Positions 38,463-47,446 of a stretch of 64,000 bases of DNA are shown here, one piece after another. The translations under genes were made by a program, and so were the position numbers. Each line of letters begins with the position of its first letter. The first letter of the stretch is position 1. The stretch lies in NCBI GenBank assembly GCA_041690395.1, contig JAWLHJ010000001.1, positions 736,001 through 800,000 on the forward strand, given 5' to 3'. Below the pieces are notes generated by a model. It was given only the letters and a program-made list of their open reading frames with translations, searched no databases and was not told the origin of the DNA. Source of the stretch: Longimicrobiales bacterium (lineage in GTDB: Bacteria > Gemmatimonadota > Gemmatimonadetes > Longimicrobiales > Gaopeijiaceae).

Positions 38463-39743
38463 TCACCTCGTGGCCAGCTGTCTCGCGACCGACTGGAGAT
38501 CGGGCTCCACGAAATCTTCTCCGAAGGTCCCGAACCACGCGACCACGAGGTTCCGACTCGGCGACACGTACAGGAACTGTCCGCCCCAGCCTCCCTTGCC
38601 GAAGTCGCCGTCGGCGAAGACCGCGTCGGTTTGCCATGCAGCGTGCGTGGGTCGGTCGCCGGCCGTCGCGTAGGCGTCCCATGGCGCGTTTTCGAAGAGG
38701 GCCGGCCGGGCGTCGTCGAGGAGCTTTCGCTGAAAGCTCTCCTGCTCGAGCATGAAGAGCCCGAGGCGCCCGAGGTCGCGCAAGGTGGTGAAGAGCCCGC
38801 CATGGGCCGCGGCCGCCTCCCCTCTCGCGTAGTCGCCGGAAACGAGGAGGGCTTCCGCCTCGGCGCCGACTGCGCGCCACACCCGCTGGGACACCAGGTC
38901 GGGATAAGTCCGTCCGGTGAGTTCTTCGGCGAGATACATGAGCATGCTGGTGTTCGCCGACGCGTAGTCGTAACGCGTCCCCTGCTCGATGCCGCGGGGA
39001 ACGGCGGCCATGTGATCCCGGAAAGACACGGTGGGGAGGTCCGGATTGAGCCCCACGCTGCGCTCCATGACCAGCATGCACGACTCGACGTCGGCGTAGG
39101 CTTCGGCGTTCTCCGGGCAAGCGATGCCGGAGGTCATGTCGAGGATATTCCGAACGGTGATCCCTTCCCAGCCGGTGCCCACGAGGGCGGGGATGTAATG
39201 GTCGACGGGCCGGGACACGTCGACGAGACCCTCGTCCTCCAGGTCTGAGACGATGAGCCCGGCGACCATCTTGCTGATGCTCCACCACAGGTGACGGTCT
39301 TCCGGCCTCATGTGCACGTAACGCTCGTAGACGATCTCCCCGTCCTGAAGCACGATGAGACCGTCGATCCGGGGATCGTCGGACACGTAGTCGTCGAGGG
39401 TGACACGGCCGCGGTCGCGGGTGAGCACGACGAAGTCGGCCATGTCGGGTCGTGGCGCTTCGCGTAGGGTGCGGACCGCGCCACCGCCCCGCAGGGGAAC
39501 GGTCGGGACGAGCCGGTCCACGTTGAGGTGTCCGAAGCGCATCGCGTCTCCGCCGAACCAGCCTTCGACGTAGTCCCACTGTTCCCGGAGGGCGCGGGCC
39601 TCGTCGTCCGAAAAGGGCCCGGCGTGCTCCTCGGAGCCCGGAGCGGGCAGCGCGTCCTGGTCTCCGGGCTGGCACGCCGTCGCCCCGAAGCTGAGGAGAG
39701 CGATGGTCAGGGCTTTGGCGGGCAGCATGCGGGCAAGGGTCAT
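38463..39743 (-). CDS. Serine hydrolase, beta-lactamase fold (6-aminohexanoate-dimer hydrolase-like) lipoprotein
   Basis: SISK (SxxK), LDMTSG, YAS, GGWGGQ; lipobox ATAC. Confidence 0.85.
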   Translation of the reverse strand: MTLARMLPAKALTIALLSFGATACQPGDQDALPAPGSEEHAGPFSDDEARALREQWDYVEGWFGGDAMRFGHLNVDRLVPTVPLRGGGAVRTLREAPRPDMADFVVLTRDRGRVTLDDYVSDDPRIDGLIVLQDGEIVYERYVHMRPEDRHLWWSISKMVAGLIVSDLEDEGLVDVSRPVDHYIPALVGTGWEGITVRNILDMTSGIACPENAEAYADVESCMLVMERSVGLNPDLPTVSFRDHMAAVPRGIEQGTRYDYASANTSMLMYLAEELTGRTYPDLVSQRVWRAVGAEAEALLVSGDYARGEAAAAHGGLFTTLRDLGRLGLFMLEQESFQRKLLDDARPALFENAPWDAYATAGDRPTHAAWQTDAVFADGDFGKGGWGGQFLYVSPSRNLVVAWFGTFGEDFVEPDLQSVARQLATR

Positions 39744-39856
39744 GGCGGGGTGGAGTCGGAAGCGTGTGGGTCGAAGCACGAACCATTGTGCCCCGGTCCG
39801 GGCGGAACGGCCAGGAGTTGCTCCGGCGGAGGAGCGCGCTCTCTTTCCGGGACGTC

Positions 39857-39954
39857 GGAAGTCGTTCGATCTTCGAACGATCCTACTGCCAGTCGCGCCC
39901 ATATACGACGCGGGTATCCCCATTACCAGATCGTTCGACTTTCGAACGACTTTC
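39857..39954. repeat. Paired-palindrome (REP/REPIN-like) element, copy A
   Basis: Arms GGAAGTCGTTCGATCTTCGAACGATC (39857-39882) and GATCGTTCGACTTTCGAACGACTTTC (39929-39954). Each is a hairpin and they are inverted relative to each other; related copy at 59845. Confidence 0.7.
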
Positions 39955-40032
39955 AACGCCCGCTCGGAGCGCGCTCGACGAAGGGTCGGGGAACGGGTCG
40001 GACGCCTCGAGGTCTCTCGCGCCTGCCGAGCG

Positions 40033-41703
40033 TTAGATCTCACCCCTCCGCGCGAACTCCGTCATGTGGTCCGCGGCCCGGAACGCCAGCGCCTGGATGG
40101 TCATGGTCGGCTGACCCCGCCCGGACGTGACCATGCTGCTGCCGTCGCAGATGAAGAGGTTCGGCACGTCGTGGGCACGATGGTAACGGTCGACGACCGA
40201 TGTGTCCGGGTCGTCGCCCATGCGGCAGGTCCCGAGCAGGTGCGCGGCGACGGTGGAGGGCCCGACGGGCACCCTCCAGATGCGCTCCGCGCCAGCCGCC
40301 TCCATGATCTCCACCGAGCGATCCTGGAGAAACGTCCCGAACGCCAGGTCGTCGGGGTGGTCTTCGTAGGTGACCCGGATCCCGGGCCGCCCCCAGGCGT
40401 CGACCAGGTCGTCGTCCAGCGAGATCGAGTTCTGCTCCCGGGGGAGCGACGTGCCGTGCCCCGACACCAGCATCGTGTGCCGAAAGGCGGCCAGCTGCTC
40501 CTTGAGCTCCGGACCCCAGGCCGGCATCCCGGGCATGGGATTGTCGAGCGCGGCCCAGAAGAGCGGACCGATGGTCGCCCGCGCATCCATCCCGCCGCCG
40601 CCGTAGAAGCCACGCCGCGGGTCGGTCTCGTAGAAGTCCATGACGACGCGTGTCGCGACGACGCTCTTGTACTCGTTGAGCGGCTCGGAGAAGCGGGCCC
40701 ATGTCGCCGGATTGTAGTTGAACATCAGGTTCTTGCCGACGTAGCCGCTCGAGTTGGCGAGCCCGTCGGGGTGGCGGCTCGATTCGGAAAGGAACAGGAG
40801 CCGGGGCGTCTCGGCGCCGTTGGCCGCCAGCACCACCGCCTTCGCGGGCTGGGCGTGCTCGACCCCGTCCGCGTCGAGATACACCACGCGCGTGACCCGG
40901 CCGGACGCGTTCGTCTCCACCCGCGTCACGGTGCTCCGGTCGCGGATCTCGCACCGTCCGGTCGCCTCGGCCACCGGGATCATCGATGCGAGCGTCGACG
41001 ACTTCGCGCCGATCTCGCACGGCTGGCCCCAGCATAGTCCGCAGTGGATGCACGGCGCCCGGCCGTTGTGCGGTCGTGACAGGATGGCCAGTGGCGCGGG
41101 CTTTGAGGTGTAGCCGGCCCGCGCGGCTCCGTCCCGGAGCAGCACGCCCGACGACTTGATCGGCATCGGGGGGACCGGGTAGCCGCGGGAGCGCGGCGGA
41201 TCGCCGGGGCCGGGCTCGCCGGAGATCCCGATCTCCCAATCCACCTTCGTGTAGTACGGCTCGAGCTCGTCGTAGGTGATGGGCCAGTCGGCGAACGTCG
41301 TCCCCGGAATCGACCCGAGGATGGATCGCTCCTGGAAGTCCACCGGCCTCAGCCGCCAGTAATTCGCGGCGAAATGCAGGCTGCTGCCGCCGACGACCTT
41401 GGCGTAGAAGAGCGCCGGGAAGAAGAATGACGGGGTCGCCCCCTCGTCGGGGGTGGTCCGAAACGACTGGGGGTGGTCCGCGAGCCGGCCCGTCAGGCCG
41501 TCGCCGAAGTAGGTCTCGACCTCGTCGTGGCGGAACTGGAAGGGCCGGAGGTAGGGGCCCTGCTCGAGCACGACCACGCTGAACCCGTTGGTGGAGAGTT
41601 CCTTCGCCAGCACGCCGCCCGCGGCCCCCGAGCCGACGATCACGAAGTCGACCTCGTCCGAGGTGCCGTACCGGACCATGTCCTGGCTCGACGCGGCGCT
41701 CAT
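40033..41703 (-). CDS. GMC family FAD oxidoreductase (glucose/glucoside dehydrogenase catalytic subunit-like)
   Basis: IVGSGAAGG, VGGSSLH, CIHCGLCWGQPC Fe-S motif, HLLGTCRMG, QPTMTIQALA. Confidence 0.92.
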   Translation of the reverse strand: MSAASSQDMVRYGTSDEVDFVIVGSGAAGGVLAKELSTNGFSVVVLEQGPYLRPFQFRHDEVETYFGDGLTGRLADHPQSFRTTPDEGATPSFFFPALFYAKVVGGSSLHFAANYWRLRPVDFQERSILGSIPGTTFADWPITYDELEPYYTKVDWEIGISGEPGPGDPPRSRGYPVPPMPIKSSGVLLRDGAARAGYTSKPAPLAILSRPHNGRAPCIHCGLCWGQPCEIGAKSSTLASMIPVAEATGRCEIRDRSTVTRVETNASGRVTRVVYLDADGVEHAQPAKAVVLAANGAETPRLLFLSESSRHPDGLANSSGYVGKNLMFNYNPATWARFSEPLNEYKSVVATRVVMDFYETDPRRGFYGGGGMDARATIGPLFWAALDNPMPGMPAWGPELKEQLAAFRHTMLVSGHGTSLPREQNSISLDDDLVDAWGRPGIRVTYEDHPDDLAFGTFLQDRSVEIMEAAGAERIWRVPVGPSTVAAHLLGTCRMGDDPDTSVVDRYHRAHDVPNLFICDGSSMVTSGRGQPTMTIQALAFRAADHMTEFARRGEI

Positions 41704-42338
41704 CGGTCCGCTCCGTGATGCGGCTCGGCGGCGCGTTCGCCGGCGCCCTCCGCGACCCGGTCCTCGCCGCGCTCGTTCCGGTCGTAGTACCCGAACGGCG
41801 GCTCGTACCGGTAGGTGTCCTCGAAGCCGAGGAGCGCCCAGCCGACCCCGTCGCGATTGCCCCCGTACTCGGGATTCCCGACGAGCCCGATCAGCACGAG
41901 CGTCCGGGCGAAGAAGAAGAAGCCCGGGTCCTCCGTCTCGATCGCCGTGATGATCTCGTCCTGGCGGGCCTCCGGGAGGTCCGCGAAGGCGTCGGCATCC
42001 GCGTCGGGGAAGGTCTCCCGCACCCGCTCGTCCATGGCCGCGAGACCTCCTCGAACGATCGGCAGGAGGTCCGCTAGAACGCTTCCGAGCGCCTGGTCGG
42101 CGAAGTACACCGAGCCCGCCTCGCGCGCGCCCGGCGTGTCGTCGGTGGGCACGATGCGGGCCGCGAAGGCGTCGAAGTCCGCGCCTTCGCGCTCGGTGAA
42201 GGTCACGAAGGCGAGACCGTCCCGCATGGCCTCCGAGGAGCACGCCTGCAGCGCCGCGATGAACGGCGAGAGGCGCATGAGCCAGGCTCCTCCCATGAGC
42301 GAGCCGGACGTCGAGAGGAAATCCCTACGGGTGGTCAT
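41700..42338 (-). CDS. Gluconate 2-dehydrogenase subunit 3 family (Tat small subunit)
   Basis: TRRDFL Tat motif; RIVPTDDTPGA; PEYGGNRDGVGW; ATGA-coupled to the GMC gene. Confidence 0.9.
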   Translation of the reverse strand: MTTRRDFLSTSGSLMGGAWLMRLSPFIAALQACSSEAMRDGLAFVTFTEREGADFDAFAARIVPTDDTPGAREAGSVYFADQALGSVLADLLPIVRGGLAAMDERVRETFPDADADAFADLPEARQDEIITAIETEDPGFFFFARTLVLIGLVGNPEYGGNRDGVGWALLGFEDTYRYEPPFGYYDRNERGEDRVAEGAGERAAEPHHGADR

Positions 42339-42440
42339 GATTGCCGTCTCCTCGCGTGAGTAGACCCCCACGCGACGACAATAGCCCGTCCTACCCGATT
42401 TCGCTTCCCCTACCGCGGTCCGCCGCGCCCGCCGCGTCGC

Positions 42441-42935
42441 CTACTCCGTGCTCGACCGCGTCGCCAGCTCCCGGTCGAGCATGAAGATCGCGGCCTCGTT
42501 GTCACCGGCCATGCGCAACTGATCGACGATGGTCCCGATCGAGTCCTCCTCCTCGACCTGCTCGGTGATGAACCACTGGAGCTCGAGCTGGGTGGCGTGA
42601 TCGTGCTTGGATACGGCCAGATCGTAGAGCTTGTGGATCATCTCCGAGACCTTCTTCTCGTGACCGAGCGCATTCTCGAAGATCTTCAGCGGATCGCCGA
42701 AGTCCTCGGGGGGCGCCTCGACCCCGCCGAAGCGCACCTGGGCCCCGCGCCGGTTCATGTAGTCGAACAGCCGCATCGCGTGTGTGAGCTCTTCCTCCGC
42801 CTGGAAGCGCATCCACTTGGCGAACCCGAGAAGGCTCTTGAGGTCGAAGTGCGCGGACATGGCCAGATAGAGGTAGGCGGCATAGAGCTCCTTGCCGATC
42901 TGATCGTTGAGTGCGTCCTGAACGCCCTTGTCCAT
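42441..42935 (-). CDS. ftn: Non-heme ferritin
   Basis: LNDQIGKELYAAYLYLAMS, QAEEELTHA, LQWFITEQVEEE ferroxidase motifs. Confidence 0.93.
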   Translation of the reverse strand: MDKGVQDALNDQIGKELYAAYLYLAMSAHFDLKSLLGFAKWMRFQAEEELTHAMRLFDYMNRRGAQVRFGGVEAPPEDFGDPLKIFENALGHEKKVSEMIHKLYDLAVSKHDHATQLELQWFITEQVEEEDSIGTIVDQLRMAGDNEAAIFMLDRELATRSSTE

Positions 42936-43094
42936 GCGGGGCTCCTTGCTTCGGGGGATCTGCTGACGGGCCATCGAACGAATCTATCAGGCGATGCCTC
43001 ACGGGTCATTCGAGGCCCCATGTGACCGATCGGCCGGTCGCGGAGTGTGAATGACATACCCGTACGTTTGGACCTCAGCAGGGAGTCCCCCACC

Positions 43095-44561
43095 ATGTCC
43101 GACTCGAAGCCACTCGCATCACGTCTGCTTCCAGCGCTCATGCTCGCGCTCGCCGTGGGCGCCTGTGACAGCACGCCCGTCGACCAGGGGGAGCCTGAGT
43201 CGACGAATGGTGAGGTCGCCACGCTGAGCGTCCTCCTCACCGACGCCCCCGCGGACTACATCGCCTCCGCCGAGGTCGACATCGGCCGTGTCGAGCTGCT
43301 TCCGGCGGGTGACGGGCCGCCCATCGTGCTGTCCGAAGACGGCACCGACGGCTTCGTGAACCTCCTCGACTTCCAGGACGCCGCCACCATGCAGCTGGCC
43401 GAGGCCGAGATCGAGGCGGGTGACTACACCCAGCTCCGCCTCATCGTCGAGTCCGCCCGCGTCGGGCTCGTCGAAGGGTACGCGTTCCGCGACGGCAGCA
43501 CGGAGAAGGATCTCTTCGTGCCGAGCGGCGCACAGACCGGCATCAAGCTGAACCTGCAGGGCGACGAGGACATGCCGCTCACCATCGTGCCCGGCGAGAC
43601 GGTCCTCGTGCTCGACTTCGACGTGAACCGCAGCTTCGTGATCCAGGGCAACCTCGCGACGCCCGCCGGCGCGCACGGGGTCATCTTCAAGCCGACCCTC
43701 CGCGTGACCGCCATGGACGTCGCCGCCAGCATCTCCGGCGTCGTGTCCACCGAGCTCGAAGGCGTGTCGGTCGAGGCCCTCGTGGTGACCGCCGAGCCGA
43801 CCGATGCGGGTGACGTGCCCGGATATCAGACTCTGGCCGGGACCGCCGTGACCGACGAGGGCGGCGCCTACACGATCCACTTCCTGGTGCCCGGCTCGTA
43901 CGACGTGACCGTGGCCGTGGACGAGGGCCTCGGCACCGACCCGGCCGTGCGCTCCGTCGAGCTCGGATACTCCGAGGACGCCTCCGGCGCCGATTTCGAG
44001 ATCATCGATATCGCCGGGAGCATCTCCGGAACCGTGACCACCGCGCTCGAGGGCGCGTCGGTCGAAGGGCTCGAGGTGACCGCCCAGTCCGATGCCGACG
44101 GCGCGGAGCCCGTCACCGCGACCATGGACGCCGACGGCAACTACACGTTCGAGTCCCTCCTGGCCGGCACGTACACGGTGACCGTCGAGGTCGGTGAGGA
44201 CCAGGTGACCGACCCCACGGCCGCGGTCGTGGAGCTGGGAGCCGGTGAGGACGTCATCGACGTCGACTTCGAGATCGTCGAGGATGTCTCCGGCAGCATC
44301 GCCGGCAGCGTCAGCACCGCGCTGGAAGGCTTCTCGGTCGAAGGACTCGAAGTGACCGCCACGCCGGCGGAAGGCGACCCCGTCACGGTGGAGACCGACG
44401 CCGAGGGCGCGTACATCTTCGAGTCGCTCCTGGCCGGGACCTACACCATCACCGTCGATGCCGGCGAGGGGTTCACGACGGACCCGGCGAGCCGGGAGAT
44501 CGAGCTCGCGGAGGATGCCGAAGAGGTCGACGTCGACTTCGCGGTGATCGCCGCCTCGTAA
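43095..44561 (+). CDS. DUF4382 lipoprotein with three carboxypeptidase-regulatory-like repeats
   Basis: Lipobox VGAC; VLLTDAP, VPSGAQTGIKL, LDFDVNRSF, FKPTLR; three SI[SA]G.V[ST]T.LEG.SVE repeats. Confidence 0.85.
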   Translation: MSDSKPLASRLLPALMLALAVGACDSTPVDQGEPESTNGEVATLSVLLTDAPADYIASAEVDIGRVELLPAGDGPPIVLSEDGTDGFVNLLDFQDAATMQLAEAEIEAGDYTQLRLIVESARVGLVEGYAFRDGSTEKDLFVPSGAQTGIKLNLQGDEDMPLTIVPGETVLVLDFDVNRSFVIQGNLATPAGAHGVIFKPTLRVTAMDVAASISGVVSTELEGVSVEALVVTAEPTDAGDVPGYQTLAGTAVTDEGGAYTIHFLVPGSYDVTVAVDEGLGTDPAVRSVELGYSEDASGADFEIIDIAGSISGTVTTALEGASVEGLEVTAQSDADGAEPVTATMDADGNYTFESLLAGTYTVTVEVGEDQVTDPTAAVVELGAGEDVIDVDFEIVEDVSGSIAGSVSTALEGFSVEGLEVTATPAEGDPVTVETDAEGAYIFESLLAGTYTITVDAGEGFTTDPASREIELAEDAEEVDVDFAVIAAS

Positions 44562-44631
44562 CGGCAGTCTTCCGGTCGAGCGGGTCGCGCCCCCAGACCG
44601 AGCGGGTCCGCCCCTCGGCCGGCGACCCAAG

Positions 44632-44669
44632 ACCGCCCCGTCCGGATTCGTTCCGGGCGGGGCGGTTTT
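44632..44669 (+). terminator. Rho-independent terminator
   Basis: ACCGCCCCGTCCGGA-ttcgt-TCCGGGCGGGGCGGT followed by a T-run, 70 bp after the 44561 stop. Confidence 0.75.
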
Positions 44670-44708
44670 GCGTGGCGGGTGTGGGGTTGGGTGGGGCGAG
44701 GTGCGGGT

Positions 44709-44753
44709 GGTGCGGAGCGGGAGGGTGCGGAGCGGGAGGGTGCGGAGCGGGAG
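44709..44753 (+). repeat. 15-bp tandem repeat x3 in a G-rich tract
   Basis: (GGTGCGGAGCGGGAG)3, exact copies. Confidence 0.9.
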
Positions 44754-44857
44754 GGAGGGCGGGCGGGGGGCGAGTGGGCTGCGCGGGCCGCTCCGGCGCG
44801 CGGCGTGAGGGCTGAGCCGGATCGGCCGCGCCTGACCGGACTGCGCGACGCCCCGAT

Positions 44858-45035
44858 CGGGGCAAACTGCACAATCGCGCACCCCGAGCGCGTCTCTGCA
44901 TGGATTGTCCCCGCTATGCGGGGTCAACTCATCAATGGCTGCGGGCTGGGCTCGTCCCTGTGCACTTGCCCCCGCTATGCGGGGAAAACCCGCAAGGTGG
45001 TATCGCGGGCGTGCACGATTGTGCAGTTTGCCCCG
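44858..45035. repeat. 178-bp TIR-bounded dispersed element, copy 1, with CRISPR I-E-like internal doublet
   Basis: 25-bp terminal inverted repeats with 1 mismatch (CGGGGCAAACTGCACAATCG); two CCCCGCTATGCGGGG palindromes 61 bp apart; followed by (CCCG)9. Confidence 0.85.
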
Positions 45036-45151
45036 CCCGCCCGCCCGCCCGCCCGCCCGCCCGCCCGCAGGTCATCACGCGCGCACCGCTTCGACCCGCT
45101 ATAGGTTCCTCCAGGGGTCGCGGGCGAGCGTTCCAGTCGGAGGAGTTCCCA

Positions 45152-47413
45152 GTGCGTCGTCTCCATGTCGGTGTGTTCCTGTTCGGTGTCGTGCTGATCT
45201 CCGCATGCGGCGACGGACCCTCGGACGTGGAGCAGAACACGCCGCCGTCGGTGGCCATCGTCTCGCCCGCCACCGAAACGCTGTTCTCCGGCGGTGACGA
45301 CCTCGATGTCGAGATCTCCGGCACGGACGAGCGGGACGGGACGTTGGGTGATGCGGCCCTGTCGTGGTGGGTGGTCCTCCATCACGACACGCATGTCCAT
45401 CCCTACCTGCCGCCGGTGGCCGGATCCGTCGGACGTGCCTCGGTGTCGAGGACCGGACATGTCGATACCGACATCTTCCTGCGGGTCTACGCCCGCGCGG
45501 CTGACGAGCAAGGGCTCGCCGACACCGCCTGGGTCGATGTGGGCCCGCGCCTCGTGTCGCTGAACCTCGCCACGCAGCCCCCCGGCCTTCAGGTGACCAT
45601 GGACGGCCAGCCTCGGACTACACCGGCCACGGTCGGAAGCGTGGTGGGCATGGACCGAGCCCTGGGTGTGCCCACGCCCCAGACCCACGATGGGCTCGTC
45701 TACACCTTCGACTCCTGGTCCCATGGCGGTAGCGCCGGCCAGACGTATGTGGCGCCGGCGGGCGATGTCACGCTGACGGCGACGTTCACCTCCGCCGGCG
45801 GCGCCAACCAGTCTCCCACGGTTTCCGTCACCGCACCTCTGGACGGCGCCACGGTGACCCTCGGCGAGACCACGACGATCACCGTGGAAGCAAGCGATTC
45901 CGACGGGACCGTATCGCTGGTGGAGTTCCGAGAGGGCTCCACTCTGCTCGGCTCCGACGACACCGCTCCATTCAGCATCCAGTGGACGCCCGGTACCGTC
46001 GGCTCCCGGATCCTCACCGCGCGGGCCACGGACGACCTGGGCGCCGCCACCGTCTCGTCCGGCGTGACCGTGACGGTGCAGTCGGGTGGCGGGGGCTACG
46101 TGACCCCGCCCACGACGACGCTGACGGCACCCGTCCAGGGCACGCTCGGGCTGACCGGGAGCATAGCGGTCGCTGCCACCGCATCGGACGACGTGGGCGT
46201 GACGCTGGTGGAGTTCCAGGTCGACGGCGCGACCCTCGCCACGGACGACACCGCTCCGTACAGCGCGACGTTGCCGGCCACCAGCGCCTACGCGAGTGGA
46301 GCGCACACCTTCAGGGCTCGGGCCCGGGACGCGGCGGGGAACTGGTCACCCTGGTCGGCGGCGACGGTGACGTTCGGTGGAGGCGTCGCGCTGCCGGCCG
46401 GGTTCACCCGGACCACCGTGGCGTCGGGTCTGGACTACGGGTTCCTCACGGCCGCCGCGTTCGCTCCGGACGGCCGGCTGTTCGTGCTGGAGCAGTGGGG
46501 ACGTGTGCGCATCATCGAGAACGGGTCGTTGGTCCCCACGTCCTTCGTTCAGCTCCCCGTATCCGCGGACGGGGAGCGAGGCCTGTTGGGCATCGCCTTT
46601 CATCCCGACTTCGAGACGAATCAGCTGGTCTACCTCTACTACACGACGGAAGAGGGGGGAGCGCACAATCGAATCAGCCGGTTCACTGCGAATGGGAACG
46701 TCGCGGTGCCTGGTAGCGAGGAGATCCTCGTTGAGCTCGACCCGCTTGGCGCCATCTTCCACAATGGCGGGGCCATGGCGTTCGGCCCCGACGACAAGCT
46801 CTACGTCGCGGTGGGCGACAACGTAAACGGGGAGATGTCTCAGAGCCTGTCGTCTCGCTTCGGCAAGATCCTGAGGTACAACCCGGACGGCAGCATTCCG
46901 TCGGACAACCCGTTCAACGGATCCACGTCCGGTCCCTACCAGGCCATCTGGGCGATGGGGCTCCGGAATCCCTTCACCTTTGGATTCCGGCCCGGTACGG
47001 GACGCATGCACATCAACGACGTCGGAGAGGGGGGATGGGAGGAGATCAACCTCGGCAGGGCGGGGGCGAACTACGGTTGGCCGGCCACCGAAGGCCCCAC
47101 GTCGAACCCTTCGTACCGTGCACCCATCCTGGCCTATGCGGCGTTCGACCCCAGTCCCACGCTCTACAGCGGCAACTCCATCGTCGGCGCGGCGTTCTAT
47201 GACCCGCCGGTGAACAGCTTCGGGGACACCTACGCCGGAGACTACTTCTTCGCGGACTACGTGCGGGGTTGGATATACCGCATGGACGCCGACGAGTGGG
47301 ACACCGCGTACGCGTTCGCGCAACTCGGCACCGGCATCACGAATCTGCTCGTCGGTCCGGACGGAGCGCTCTACGTCCTCATGGGATCGCAGGTAGATCG
47401 GATCTCTCCGTAG
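45152..47413 (+). CDS. PQQ-dependent (GSDH-type) sugar dehydrogenase lipoprotein with Ig-like domains
   Basis: GTG start, lipobox ISAC; GERGLLGIAFHPDF, HNGGAMAFGPD, GKILRYNPDGSIPSDNPF, GLRNPF, WEEIN. Confidence 0.88.
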   Translation: MRRLHVGVFLFGVVLISACGDGPSDVEQNTPPSVAIVSPATETLFSGGDDLDVEISGTDERDGTLGDAALSWWVVLHHDTHVHPYLPPVAGSVGRASVSRTGHVDTDIFLRVYARAADEQGLADTAWVDVGPRLVSLNLATQPPGLQVTMDGQPRTTPATVGSVVGMDRALGVPTPQTHDGLVYTFDSWSHGGSAGQTYVAPAGDVTLTATFTSAGGANQSPTVSVTAPLDGATVTLGETTTITVEASDSDGTVSLVEFREGSTLLGSDDTAPFSIQWTPGTVGSRILTARATDDLGAATVSSGVTVTVQSGGGGYVTPPTTTLTAPVQGTLGLTGSIAVAATASDDVGVTLVEFQVDGATLATDDTAPYSATLPATSAYASGAHTFRARARDAAGNWSPWSAATVTFGGGVALPAGFTRTTVASGLDYGFLTAAAFAPDGRLFVLEQWGRVRIIENGSLVPTSFVQLPVSADGERGLLGIAFHPDFETNQLVYLYYTTEEGGAHNRISRFTANGNVAVPGSEEILVELDPLGAIFHNGGAMAFGPDDKLYVAVGDNVNGEMSQSLSSRFGKILRYNPDGSIPSDNPFNGSTSGPYQAIWAMGLRNPFTFGFRPGTGRMHINDVGEGGWEEINLGRAGANYGWPATEGPTSNPSYRAPILAYAAFDPSPTLYSGNSIVGAAFYDPPVNSFGDTYAGDYFFADYVRGWIYRMDADEWDTAYAFAQLGTGITNLLVGPDGALYVLMGSQVDRISP

Positions 47414-47446
47414 GCCGTATGCCCGGTCCGGTCCCGCCCGCCGTTA

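Noticed and set aside
44900..44989. Bona fide CRISPR array
   Set aside because: Only two degenerate repeats per locus, the same spacer in both loci, and no leader or cas genes; reported as a CRISPR-like element instead.
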